Virus record (IMG/VR): IMGVR_UViG_3300027743_000030
Span: 1,018-65,017 of that record
DNA length: 64,000 nucleotides
Reading direction: 5' to 3' (one strand)
Source of the DNA: a virus
Taxonomy: Duplodnaviria > Caudoviricetes
A model generated the notes under the pieces. The model saw nothing but the letters and a program-made list of their open reading frames with translations. It was not told the DNA's origin and did not search any database. Of this stretch, positions 8,382-17,218 are shown piece by piece (position 1 is the stretch's first letter; every line of letters begins with the position of its first letter). The position numbers and the translations under genes were made by a program.

Positions 8382-9109
8382 TCGCGATGACAACGATCCC
8401 CAAATGGAAACCGCTGCGGCGCGCCGGCACCAAGCCAGCGTCTGCAGCATTGATCGGCGAGACAATGCGCATTTACAAAATCAACGCCGAGGAAGCGAAG
8501 CGCATGCTGGATGAATACGAATCGGGAAGCGAATACTGGCTCAACGATCTGTATCAAGTGCAAGTGCGTCGCTTCGACGTTGCCGGTGTGCACATCAACA
8601 TCCGGCGACGCGACGGCGGCCCGATCCTGCGTGACTGGCGACACTTCCAGCAGATCAAGAATGAGCTGCTGGGGCCAGAGTGCGAAGCGATCGAGCTGTA
8701 CCCCGCCGAGAGCCGCAAGGTGGACGAGTCGAACAAGTACCACCTATTCGGCTACAGCGACGGCCGGCGCATCCCGATCGGCTTCGAAACTCGCAACGTC
8801 AATCTGGACACGCAAGGCGATCGCAAGACCGATCGTGGAATGCGTCAGCGCGGCAAGACGATGGAATTCCCCGAGGGAGTTCCGACGCGGCGTTGCCAAA
8901 TGTGCGGAGCGATCGAGGACGAAATGCACCACGATCGATCCGCGCGCGATCGTGTCACGACGCTGAGCCAGATCACGCATGAAGACAAGCCGATGCTGGT
9001 TTGCATGTTGTGCGAGGAAGGCCACAGCGAATGGAAAGCGGCGCAATGCTGTTCCTATCACGCCAACGGCGGCGACTTGTCGCTTAGTTGTGGCGGGGAC
9101 ACGCCATGA
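8378..9109 (+). CDS. Phage protein with C-terminal Cys cluster
   Basis: DWRHFQQIKNELLGPECEAIELYPAES..VD..N.YHL motif; CQMC/CMLC. Confidence 0.75.
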   Translation: MIAMTTIPKWKPLRRAGTKPASAALIGETMRIYKINAEEAKRMLDEYESGSEYWLNDLYQVQVRRFDVAGVHINIRRRDGGPILRDWRHFQQIKNELLGPECEAIELYPAESRKVDESNKYHLFGYSDGRRIPIGFETRNVNLDTQGDRKTDRGMRQRGKTMEFPEGVPTRRCQMCGAIEDEMHHDRSARDRVTTLSQITHEDKPMLVCMLCEEGHSEWKAAQCCSYHANGGDLSLSCGGDTP

Positions 9110-9345
9110 GAACGCTCGCCATCTGCGCCGTCCTGATCGTCCTGACAGGATCGGCGACTGCCGGCTCGGCATCGTACTACCGAGCCAACGGCAGCTATGC
9201 CGGATCATCCATCACTCGCAACGGCCACACCACCTACACCAATTCCGGTGGGGCCTATGTCGGATCGTCCAGCACGCGCGGAAACACCACGACGGTCTAT
9301 GATCGCAACGGCAGCCGCGCCGGATCGATCGTGGGGAGACGCTGA
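9106..9345 (+). CDS. Small secreted repeat protein
   Basis: Signal peptide then three YxxxGxxxGS-like repeats. Confidence 0.7.
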   Translation: MRTLAICAVLIVLTGSATAGSASYYRANGSYAGSSITRNGHTTYTNSGGAYVGSSSTRGNTTTVYDRNGSRAGSIVGRR

Positions 9346-9346
9346 C

Positions 9347-9529
9347 ATGAACCGCAGCGACTTCTTTGATCAAGGTTACGAGCAGCACAAGGACGCCCCC
9401 GACATGCTGCTCGCGGAAGTCTGGCGTTTTGCTTGCATGTTCATCGATGATCAAGAGAATGCCCGCGCCTTCGTTGAAGGCTACACCGCCGCGCGCAAGC
9501 AGCGCGACGAGCACCAGAAGGAAGACTGA
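9347..9529 (+). CDS. Hypothetical protein (60 aa)
   Basis: SD GGAG, MNRSDFFDQGY... Confidence 0.65.
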   Translation: MNRSDFFDQGYEQHKDAPDMLLAEVWRFACMFIDDQENARAFVEGYTAARKQRDEHQKED

Positions 9530-9534
9530 AACTC

Positions 9535-9572
9535 AAAAGCCCCGACTGCGCGAGCAGCCGGGGCTTTTTTTT
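9535..9572. terminator. Intrinsic terminator, probably bidirectional
   Basis: AAAA-GCCCCGACTGC-GCGA-GCAGCCGGGGC-T8; the plus-strand A.C mismatch is a G.U pair on the minus strand. Confidence 0.85.
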
Positions 9573-9578
9573 GGCGTG

Positions 9579-9774
9579 CCGGTCTTGCATTCCGACAGCC
9601 CGCCGCGCGCTCTGCGAGTCACGAGCACGGCGCGCGCGATTGCGCAAACGTATCGGCTTCGCCTCGCACTCGCAACGGACCATTTGCCCAAGTCTAGCGC
9701 GTTCGTTTTCAACTTGCGGCGAGGCTGTGCGGTGACGTTTTCATCTTGCAAAAATATCCCTTGTGCAAGACCGG
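9579..9774. ncRNA. Candidate multi-stem non-coding RNA
   Basis: Terminal 11-bp inverted repeat CCGGTCTTGCA/TGCAAGACCGG; inner ACAGCCCGCCGC/GCGGCG(A)GGCTGT; TGCGAGT/ACTCGCA. Confidence 0.5.
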
Positions 9775-9823
9775 GGACTCCTCTCAACTCGCAATCGCAA
9801 ATGTGTTGCCAGCCAAATGGAGA

Positions 9824-10018
9824 ATGACCGTGTTTAACGACGAGAAACTGGCGCGCGAACCGCGCCCTTATGCGCCCTGCCTTGTGCTCGGCACCGTGAA
9901 GGCCGAGGGTCCGCGACGCATCAGCTACTACCGCGCGCACGATGGGCTGCTGATTTTCATCACGCGGCATTGGGGCGTGCACACTGTGCCCTGCCCGCAA
10001 TGCGAGGACGCATCGTGA
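9824..10018 (+). CDS. Small hypothetical protein (C-terminal CPQC)
   Basis: SD GGAG; 64 aa. Confidence 0.6.
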   Translation: MTVFNDEKLAREPRPYAPCLVLGTVKAEGPRRISYYRAHDGLLIFITRHWGVHTVPCPQCEDAS

Positions 10019-10194
10019 AGCGATCTCGCAAGCAGCCGCCCGCGCCGGTGCGCTTGAACGCAGTCGGCAAGCCGCTGTCCCCGCTGTTCGATCCCAAGTG
10101 GAAACGCAAGATGCCGCTCACGTCGATCCGGCGTCTGCTCGTGCCCTATCGTCCCGGCACGATGCGGTGGGTTCACGAACGCGAAGACGCCTGA
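10015..10194 (+). CDS. Small basic hypothetical protein
   Basis: GTGA overlap with previous gene. Confidence 0.5.
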   Translation: MKRSRKQPPAPVRLNAVGKPLSPLFDPKWKRKMPLTSIRRLLVPYRPGTMRWVHEREDA

Positions 10195-10299
10195 ACACGT
10201 TCTGCCGCCGATACACCCCCGGCGGCCGAAGGGGCCGCGTTGCGATTGGTATTCAGTCCGTGACGCAGCCCCACCTTTCTCTAACAAAAGGAGCCGCTG

Positions 10300-10662
10300 G
10301 TGAAAGCGATCTCAATCAAGCAGCCGTGGGCGCACTTGATCATTGCTGGCTTGAAGCCGATCGAGAACCGGACGTGGACGACACGCTATCGCGGGCCACT
10401 TTTGATTCATGCGTCGCGACGCATGTGCGTGGAAGTCGAAGCGATCGAGCAAGCCTTCGGCGTCGCGATCGATCGCAAGCAGCTGCATTTCGGCGCGCTG
10501 ATCGGTGTCGTTGATCTGATCGACGTGGTGAAGGAATCGGCATCGCCCTGGTTCGAAGGGCCGTTCGGTTGGGTCATGAAGAACGCGCGACCGATCAGGC
10601 CCGTCCCTTGGCGCGGCCAGCTCAGTCTTTTTGATGTCGCCCGCAAACTGGAGGAGCTGTGA
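10300..10662 (+). CDS. ASCH domain protein
   Basis: KAISIKQPWA.LI..G.K.IENRTW.T.YRGPLLIHAS signature. Confidence 0.92.
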   Translation: MKAISIKQPWAHLIIAGLKPIENRTWTTRYRGPLLIHASRRMCVEVEAIEQAFGVAIDRKQLHFGALIGVVDLIDVVKESASPWFEGPFGWVMKNARPIRPVPWRGQLSLFDVARKLEEL

Positions 10663-10835
10663 TGTTCGTTTTATTGGCATACGAGAAGGACGCGGACGGC
10701 TTCGTGCTCGCGATGGTGATTGGGCCATTCGATGACGAGGCCGACGCGTGGACATTTCACGAAGGCAACGTGAGCTGCGACCACGCCGACGTGGTGCGGC
10801 TCGTGAGCGTGCAAGAGATCAACGAGGCAAAGTGA
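10662..10835 (+). CDS. Small hypothetical protein (57 aa)
   Basis: TGATG coupling; MFVLLAYEKDADG..IGPF. Confidence 0.6.
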   Translation: MFVLLAYEKDADGFVLAMVIGPFDDEADAWTFHEGNVSCDHADVVRLVSVQEINEAK

Positions 10836-10848
10836 AAGGAAGAAAGCC

Positions 10849-11046
10849 GTGGTTAAGAAAAGCAATCCGATTTTTGAATCTGAAATGTGCCGCTCCAATC
10901 GCGTTCAAGGATTGACCGATGGGCGGCGCGATCTCAAAGCCGAACTCGATGCTGTGCACGCCCTCATGTTAGAGCGCGAGCGGCAGGGATTGGTCGAAAA
11001 TGTCGGCTGGCGGAAATGGGTCGTGCTCTATGGGGGTAAGTCATGA
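10849..11046 (+). CDS. Hypothetical protein
   Basis: 65 aa, ATGA overlap with resolvase. Confidence 0.5.
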   Translation: MVKKSNPIFESEMCRSNRVQGLTDGRRDLKAELDAVHALMLERERQGLVENVGWRKWVVLYGGKS

Positions 11047-11594
11047 CTGCCTACGGCTATGCGCGCGTTTCGACGCGCGATCAAGACTTGAGCGGCCAGC
11101 TTGCCGAGCTGACGGCCGCCGGCTGCGCTCACGTCCATCAAGAGAAACGCTCCGGGGCAAAGACCGACCGCCCAGAGCTTGCAAACGTCCTTGCCAAACT
11201 TGGCGCGGGCGACGTGCTGATGGTGACGCGGCTCGATCGGCTGGCACGATCGACGCGCGATCTGCTCAACGTCATCAATGAAGTGTCAGCGCGCGGGGCC
11301 GGCTTTCGCTCGCTCAAAGATGCGTGGGCCGACACCACCACACCGCATGGGCGGCTGATGCTGACAATCCTGGGCGGGCTCGCTGAATTCGAGCGCGAGC
11401 TGATCAGAGCACGCACCGGCGAGGGGCGGCAGCGCGCACAAGCGCGCGGCGTGCGCTTCGGCCGGCCGGGCAAGCTCACGAGCGCTGATCGCCGCGCGAT
11501 CCGCGATCGACTGCAGCGCGGCGAAACGCAAGTATCGATCGCGAAAGCTTTCGGCGTGCACGAGGCGACGATCAGCAGGAGGAAGCGAACGTGA
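11043..11594 (+). CDS. Small serine recombinase (resolvase/invertase family)
   Basis: YGYARVST, V.RLDRLARS, AEFERELIRART..G, C-terminal HTH. Confidence 0.95.
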   Translation: MTAYGYARVSTRDQDLSGQLAELTAAGCAHVHQEKRSGAKTDRPELANVLAKLGAGDVLMVTRLDRLARSTRDLLNVINEVSARGAGFRSLKDAWADTTTPHGRLMLTILGGLAEFERELIRARTGEGRQRAQARGVRFGRPGKLTSADRRAIRDRLQRGETQVSIAKAFGVHEATISRRKRT

Positions 11595-11689
11595 AAACGG
11601 TTGACGTGCTCGTGGTCGTTGTCTGCTCGCTGTTATTTTCAATCGCGGCGGTGCTCACGGCACTCGCCGTCTATGCATGGACACACTGA
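11591..11689 (+). CDS. Single-TM peptide (32 aa)
   Basis: GTGA coupling; VLVVVVCSLLFSIAAVLTALAVYAW. Confidence 0.5.
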   Translation: MKTVDVLVVVVCSLLFSIAAVLTALAVYAWTH

Positions 11690-11690
11690 T

Positions 11691-12275
11691 ATGGACGGAA
11701 TCGACGCTGACGTGGTGCCGACGCTGCCGAGCGACATCGCATCGTTCTGGCACAAGCACCCGCTCGACAAGCGCGCCGAGCGCAAGATTGCCGACGTTGG
11801 CAATGGTCAATACGTGGTCGAGATACGCGGCACGTTTGAAATCTTTCGCTTCAGCGTGCCCGAGTACGGCGAGGTCGTGTTTGACATTCGCGGCATCAAG
11901 GACGCGCTCGCTGACGGCAAGCTGCAGTTTCGAATGTACGAGATGCAGCTGATCGCGGAGATGGTCGAGCATGTGCGCAACAACAACGGCGTGGAAGTCG
12001 GACGCATGCGCGAGCTGACCGCCGCCGATCTGGAGCGGCCCGGCATCATGGCGCTGTGGCCGGACTGGCACACCACCTGCATCGACGGCAACAATCGCAT
12101 GGTGCGTCGCTGGGATGACGGGCTGCGCACGTTCCGCTTCGCGCTGATCGTGATGGACGAGACGATCCAGCCCTATGTCTGCCGGCCGGGCGAGGAAGCT
12201 GACACGTTCCTCGATCGCGAAAACGAAGCACGCGGCTTGCAGTCGATCGCACGCATGATTGTGCCGCACCAATGA
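11691..12275 (+). CDS. Hypothetical protein, possible ParB/Srx-like fold
   Basis: PGIM...CIDGNNR resembles the ParB DGHHR motif. Confidence 0.55.
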   Translation: MDGIDADVVPTLPSDIASFWHKHPLDKRAERKIADVGNGQYVVEIRGTFEIFRFSVPEYGEVVFDIRGIKDALADGKLQFRMYEMQLIAEMVEHVRNNNGVEVGRMRELTAADLERPGIMALWPDWHTTCIDGNNRMVRRWDDGLRTFRFALIVMDETIQPYVCRPGEEADTFLDRENEARGLQSIARMIVPHQ

Positions 12276-12370
12276 ACGACTGGAGCAACGAATACATCCT
12301 CGCGGTGTCGTGGGTGCTATCAATCGCGCTGTTCGCGGTGTTCTGCGCAACGCTGCATCGGGTGATCTGA
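12272..12370 (+). CDS. Single-TM peptide (32 aa)
   Basis: ATGA and TGATG coupling at both ends; hydrophobic. Confidence 0.5.
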   Translation: MNDWSNEYILAVSWVLSIALFAVFCATLHRVI

Positions 12371-12729
12371 TGCGCTTCGATCTCACTCGGCCGTGCGGCA
12401 ACTGCCCGTTCCGCAATGACATCCATTTCGGGCTGCGCCCCGAGCGCGTGCGCGGCATTCTCGGCGGCGGCAAAGGGCGCGATTGGTTTCCCGCGCCTTC
12501 GTTCCCCTGTCACAAGACGATCGAATATACCGACGACGACGGCGCGATCATTCCGGCGACAGCGCAGCAATGTGCGGGCGTGATGATCATTCTGCACCGC
12601 GAGAACAGGCACAACGACGCCATGCAGATTGCCGAGCGTCTTGGATTGTGGGACTCGTCCAAGCTCAATCTGACCGCGCCGGTGTATGCTTCGACCGCAG
12701 CTGCAATCCGGGGACAGGACTATGACTGA
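12370..12729 (+). CDS. Cys-rich metal-binding phage protein
   Basis: PCGNCPFR...FPCHKT...QCAG. Confidence 0.75.
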   Translation: MRFDLTRPCGNCPFRNDIHFGLRPERVRGILGGGKGRDWFPAPSFPCHKTIEYTDDDGAIIPATAQQCAGVMIILHRENRHNDAMQIAERLGLWDSSKLNLTAPVYASTAAAIRGQDYD

Positions 12730-13077
12730 GGAAGATCACACCAAGCTGCTGCGCTGCGTGCTCAACGGCATGGGCAAGTGCCTCGCCAACATTCCCGAGG
12801 CTTGCCTATGCCTGCAGATGCCGCCCGACGTGTTCGAGGCGGCGTGGCGCTACTTCAATGAACCGCTGCCGCTCGATAAGGATTGAACATCATGAGCATC
12901 GATTGGACAGACGTGCACGATGATTTCGATAGCGACGGCAATTTAATCGGCGACACGCAGCGGAGGAAGGTTCCCAACGGCTATCTGTACCGCACGCGCA
13001 TTTTAAACAGTGATGGATGGCAAGCCGTCGCGCTGTGCTTCGTCCCCTACGTTGATCCGAGCGACTTAATACCATGA
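12722..13077 (+). CDS. Two small hypothetical ORFs (12722-12886, ~12892-13077)
   Basis: Tightly packed, co-oriented. Confidence 0.5.
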
Positions 13078-13388
13078 CGGTCGTTTGGGAGCTGCTGCAC
13101 CCGGAAATGACCATTGGTCATCTTGGCTTTCTGCTCGACTGGCTGGACACCGACGATCCGCGCAGCGCGAGCGATCAGATCGACGCTCACTACCAGCACG
13201 GCGGCGGCTGGTTCCCGTTCAAGGGCCACCGGCTCGCTGATGACAACTCACTGCAGTATCCCGAAGACCCGCCGCTGCAGCCGCTGGCGCAAGCGCAGCT
13301 GCGAGACGAGCTGGTGGTGCTCTATCAACACTCGTGGGTGGCGATCATTCAGAAGGATCGCAGCTTTGAAGTCGCCAGGATCGACTGA
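13074..13388 (+). CDS. Phage hypothetical protein
   Basis: Y.HGGGW.PF..., YPEDPPL.P, WVAIIQ.D.SFEVARID. Confidence 0.7.
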   Translation: MTVVWELLHPEMTIGHLGFLLDWLDTDDPRSASDQIDAHYQHGGGWFPFKGHRLADDNSLQYPEDPPLQPLAQAQLRDELVVLYQHSWVAIIQKDRSFEVARID

Positions 13389-13398
13389 CGTGGTGATC

Positions 13399-13605
13399 AT
13401 GTGGACGGTGTATCACCGCCCGAAGGATCACCCCGACGCGCGCTGGGTGGCGCGGCGCTTCGAGGTCACCAACGTCGTCAAGCCCACCAATGACATGTTC
13501 GTGGCCGACTCGCTCAACGAGCTGCGCATCCTGCTGCCGCGCGGGCTGCACTGCATGCCGCGTCAACCCGACGATGATCCGACAATCGTGGAAGTGTGGC
13601 TCTGA
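13399..13605 (+). CDS. Small phage protein
   Basis: MWTVYHRPKDHP..WVARRF...LP.GL...R.P.DDP.IVEVWL. Confidence 0.7.
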   Translation: MWTVYHRPKDHPDARWVARRFEVTNVVKPTNDMFVADSLNELRILLPRGLHCMPRQPDDDPTIVEVWL

Positions 13606-13720
13606 TCGGGTGGCGGTCGTCGCTCAAAGCGCCGGATCAGCTCCTCCAACATCAGCAAGTCGGAATTCTTGAACCACACCGACGCGGCGCGGCGCAGCGC
13701 GTTGATCAGCTCGGCGTCGG

Positions 13721-13999
13721 TCATTTGTCGAGCCCCTTCCATCGCCGCAGATCAGCAATCGCGGCGTCGGCCTCCGCGAGTTCCGCCCGCAGCTGTTGGC
13801 GCAATTTCTCCTGCGCAACCATCAGCCGCGCGATCTCTGCGGTGTCCCGAAGTATCTTGGCTCGCAGCGCTTCGATGTTGCCGCGCAATTCGATGTTATG
13901 CACCCGCAGCCGCTTGATCTCGATGGAGGCCTCCCGCCGAACATCGTGATACTCATCCATATCGTCGGGATCGAGCAGCCGCTCAACGATGTCGGTCAC
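13721..13999 (-). CDS. Coiled-coil phage protein
   Basis: TDIVERL...EA..EI.RLR. Confidence 0.65.
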   Translation of the reverse strand: MTDIVERLLDPDDMDEYHDVRREASIEIKRLRVHNIELRGNIEALRAKILRDTAEIARLMVAQEKLRQQLRAELAEADAAIADLRRWKGLDK

Positions 14000-14169
14000 T
14001 TCCTTTTCTCCCGCCGCATGGCTTGGCGCAGCTTTTCCTGCGCCTCGTCGTTGACCATGCGCTCGGCGCGGTCCCGTGCTGCCAGATAACCCACGATCAT
14101 AATGAACACGATCAGAAACAACGCCAGCACGCCCACGACCAGCAAGGCGCTCATCAGGGTGTCGAGCAT
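13996..14169 (-). CDS. Small membrane protein (57 aa)
   Basis: Manual translation MLDTLMSALLVVGVLALFLIVFIMIVGY...; SD GAGGAG. Confidence 0.6.
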   Translation of the reverse strand: MLDTLMSALLVVGVLALFLIVFIMIVGYLAARDRAERMVNDEAQEKLRQAMRREKRK

Positions 14170-14594
14170 GTGTACTCCTCCCAGCTCAACGCCCGCAGAC
14201 GCGGCGACGCTGCCGGATAGCCGTTGATCTGCGTCACCAGCTGCGCCAGATCGAACGCCGTCAGCAGATCATCAAAGTGATCGTCGCCCGGCCCGTGGCA
14301 CTGCGCATAGACCGGATTGAACCGGCCGTTGAGCCGGCGCAAGGCTTGCGCAATCCTGCGCGGATCGGTCGAGCAGTACCAGCCGGCAAACGCGATCAGG
14401 TGCAGCTGCGGCGCAACCCTGGTGAGCCAGTCGCTGAAAGCGCTTTGCTGATCCCGCGACAGCCCATCGGCATCGATGCACCAGCGCAGGCGCGGACACT
14501 GATCCATCAGCGAGAGCATCAAGCCGGTGCCAGCACAGACCAGCAGCGACGGCTCGGGCCGCTCGCGGTACTCGATCGCCCCGAAGCTGTTCAC
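14154..14594 (-). CDS. Hypothetical protein
   Basis: 146 aa, overlaps both neighbours. Confidence 0.55.
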   Translation of the reverse strand: MNSFGAIEYRERPEPSLLVCAGTGLMLSLMDQCPRLRWCIDADGLSRDQQSAFSDWLTRVAPQLHLIAFAGWYCSTDPRRIAQALRRLNGRFNPVYAQCHGPGDDHFDDLLTAFDLAQLVTQINGYPAASPRLRALSWEEYTCSTP

Positions 14595-15190
14595 TCCTCG
14601 CCGCCACCAGCGATGGCCTGGATCACCGCCGCCATCGTCTCGCTGATCATGAAGGTCAACACCCCGTTGCCGGCGGCGATCGTCACCCGCACATGATCGG
14701 CATTCTCCTCGAAGGTGATCACCCGCGCCAAGTCAATCAGCACTTGCTTGCCGTCCAGCTTCTTGAGCAACAGCGGATTCATCGGATACCCCCTCGGCCT
14801 TGCGGATGCGATCGATCATGCCACAGACCGGACACTTGCGCGGCCGGAAACCGTGCGGGCAAAGCACTTGCGCCAGCAGTGCCTCGGCCTGCTCGCGATC
14901 GAGCACGATGTGGCCCTGCCCCTTGCCGGACGGCCCGCGCCAGGAAAGCTGGCGCTCGATCTCGGCAAAGATGGCCGCCAGCTGCATCACGCCCCCGTGG
15001 TGTAGCCGCCCGACTTGACCACGGTGTTGCCCTTGCGATCGCGGATCACGTCATGACGCGTGCGCGGGGTGCCAACCGTGTGCGGCTTGAACACCAGCGC
15101 CGGCTGCTTGATCAGAACCGGCCGGTGCGCTGCCGGCGCGATCGAGCCCCACGCCGTGCTGCGCAGCAATCGTTGCTTGAGGTTTATCAT
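14591..15190 (-). CDS. Three small coupled hypothetical ORFs (14591-14782, 14733-14990, 14987-15190)
   Basis: Overlapping start/stop codons in minus-strand operon. Confidence 0.5.
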
Positions 15191-15501
15191 CCGTGCTTCC
15201 GTAATGTGACGCCGTGTCGGCCCAGCACGTCACTCAAGGCGTCGACCGACATTACCCCGAGATTGGACATCCGCAACAGCTTGGTCCGGCTCAAATACGT
15301 GACCAGATCATGCACCGTCTGCAACGGCGGATGGCCGTGCTGCTCGCGTTCTTTGTTCTCATACCAAATGGCGGTGTGGAAGCGCACGTTGAGCGGGCTC
15401 CGCAGCTCGATCGATTCGAGCGGCGTGGATAGGAACTCGTTGCTCGGCGACAGCCGCCGCCACAGGATCGTGGCGTCAACAAAATCCCACGCCTGCGTCA
15501 T
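15187..15501 (-). CDS. Stand-alone RNA polymerase alpha C-terminal-domain-like protein
   Basis: LSTPLESIEL...NVR...TVHDLV..SRTKLLRMSNLG..S...L..VL..HG..L matches the alpha-CTD HhH pattern. Confidence 0.7.
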   Translation of the reverse strand: MTQAWDFVDATILWRRLSPSNEFLSTPLESIELRSPLNVRFHTAIWYENKEREQHGHPPLQTVHDLVTYLSRTKLLRMSNLGVMSVDALSDVLGRHGVTLRKHG

Positions 15502-16634
15502 ACCGGCTCCGTCAGACACACCCGCTCGGCCAGGGCGCGATCGGCCTTGGCCCCAACATATACAAAGCTGGCGGTGAAACGATCCGACGCCCGGTAGCTG
15601 CCAAGATGGGCCTTGGCCCCGGTGTCGCGGGCGGTGCGTGAGGGTGCGCGCGTCATGCGCCAGTTGGGATCATGCGCGGCACCGGCAATCTCGGCCGGAT
15701 GCCCGGTGTTGCGAAACACCCGAAAGTCCATCGCCGAGTACATGCTGGCACACGCCGTGATCAGCTTGTTGCCAATGCCGCAGCCCTGATAGTCCGGCAA
15801 CACCACTGACCTATGCCCGCGCACCGCACGCTGATGGGTCGAATGCCGCCCGACAAACGGCAAGTAGCTGTGAAACGCCACCGCGCGGCCCTCGGTGAAG
15901 GCGCAGAAACACCGGGCACCCTTGTGCAGCTCTGCCGTCAAGTAGTGGTGGCGAGAAAACAAACGCCACGCCGAACTATGCACGCGCGCAACGTCGAGCT
16001 GGATGGCCGGTCGTCGCCGAAGCAACCTCCATTGAAAATCATCGCTCGCCGGCAGGTAAATCCAGTCCGGGTCGAGCCAGTCAATCACGTCGTCATGACA
16101 GGTCACCGCAATGAACTTCTGGTTTCTTTTGCGCACGGTCTTGGCCACGGCAAGGCTGCCGATCTTTCCGACCACGCGGTCGACCACGCTGGTGAACTCG
16201 TCAAATACCAGGAGCCCGGCATGCTCGGCCAAAGCCCGCGCCAGCGTGGCGCGGAACTGCTCGCCGTTCGACAGCACACTATGCGGACGCAGCCAGCTCG
16301 GCGGTGAGCTGAAACCCACCGACGACAGCAGCATGGTGATGTCCTTGATCGACATCGCGGCGGGAAACTCGTCAATCACCGCGCGGTCGGCATGCCAATC
16401 GAGAGTGGTGGTGTAAGCTTCCGGCCAAAGTGTTTTTGCAATCGTGGTCTTGCCGCAACCGCTCGGGCCGACAATCAAGCCCACTTGCCACTCGTGCTGA
16501 TCCAGCGGCAAGCTGACACGCCACTCCAACTCGCTGCGATCGGACGGGGACACGTCAAATATCCCCTCCAGCTGCATCACCCGCGCACTGCGCACAATCG
16601 GTGAAGAGCGCTTGATGGTCGCCGATAACGTCAT
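15498..16634 (-). CDS. ABC-type ATPase fused to GNAT acetyltransferase
   Basis: GPSGCGKT, LSNGE signature, VFDEFTS, VTCH; C-terminal R.VVLPDYQGCGIG acetyl-CoA motif. Confidence 0.9.
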   Translation of the reverse strand: MTLSATIKRSSPIVRSARVMQLEGIFDVSPSDRSELEWRVSLPLDQHEWQVGLIVGPSGCGKTTIAKTLWPEAYTTTLDWHADRAVIDEFPAAMSIKDITMLLSSVGFSSPPSWLRPHSVLSNGEQFRATLARALAEHAGLLVFDEFTSVVDRVVGKIGSLAVAKTVRKRNQKFIAVTCHDDVIDWLDPDWIYLPASDDFQWRLLRRRPAIQLDVARVHSSAWRLFSRHHYLTAELHKGARCFCAFTEGRAVAFHSYLPFVGRHSTHQRAVRGHRSVVLPDYQGCGIGNKLITACASMYSAMDFRVFRNTGHPAEIAGAAHDPNWRMTRAPSRTARDTGAKAHLGSYRASDRFTASFVYVGAKADRALAERVCLTEPV

Positions 16635-17215
16635 GCAATCAACGCCCGGCAGCGAACGCCGTCAGCGGCGAGACGTGTCAGCAGCTCGGCTTGCTGCTGC
16701 TCGTCTTTGCACTCGATCAGAATTTGGAACGTCGGCGTTAGCTCCGGTGGCAGCGGCGGCTCGTCGGCGAGCAACTTCATCAGCTGCTTGTCCTCGAAGC
16801 CCAAGGCCTGGGCGTCGAAGTCGTCCTTGATCGCCAGCAATTCCTCCAGGAGAACATCGTCGTGCCAGTTGCTGGTTTCAGAGAGCCGGTTGTCGGCAAT
16901 GCCGTAAGCGCGGCATTGGGCCTCCGACCAGCCTCTGGCGATCATCACCGGAACCTCTTGCAGGTTCTCCAGCTGCGCGGCTTGGAGCCGCCCGTGGCCC
17001 GCTATCACCGTGCCGTCCTCGCGAATGAGGAGCGGAATCGTCCAGCCAAATTGTCGGAGAGATGCCCGCAGCTGATCAATCTGCGTGGAAGGATGCGCAC
17101 GCGCGTTTCTTGCGTAGGGTTTTAGTTTGGCAATCGGCCAGCGCTCGATCTGCGGCTGACGCTGCTCGGGGCCAAAGACCGGCGACTCGGTTGGCTGCGC
17201 TCGCTGCCCGCGCAT
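16631..17215 (-). CDS. ParB/Srx N-terminal domain protein
   Basis: LKPYARNARAH...SL.QFGWT.PLL...IAGHGRL.AA...ADNR. Confidence 0.9.
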   Translation of the reverse strand: MRGQRAQPTESPVFGPEQRQPQIERWPIAKLKPYARNARAHPSTQIDQLRASLRQFGWTIPLLIREDGTVIAGHGRLQAAQLENLQEVPVMIARGWSEAQCRAYGIADNRLSETSNWHDDVLLEELLAIKDDFDAQALGFEDKQLMKLLADEPPLPPELTPTFQILIECKDEQQQAELLTRLAADGVRCRALIA

Positions 17216-17218
17216 CGC

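Noticed and set aside
9571-9590. Sigma54 promoter (TGGC...TTGCA)
   Set aside because: GG-to-GC spacing is 12 nt rather than the required 10.
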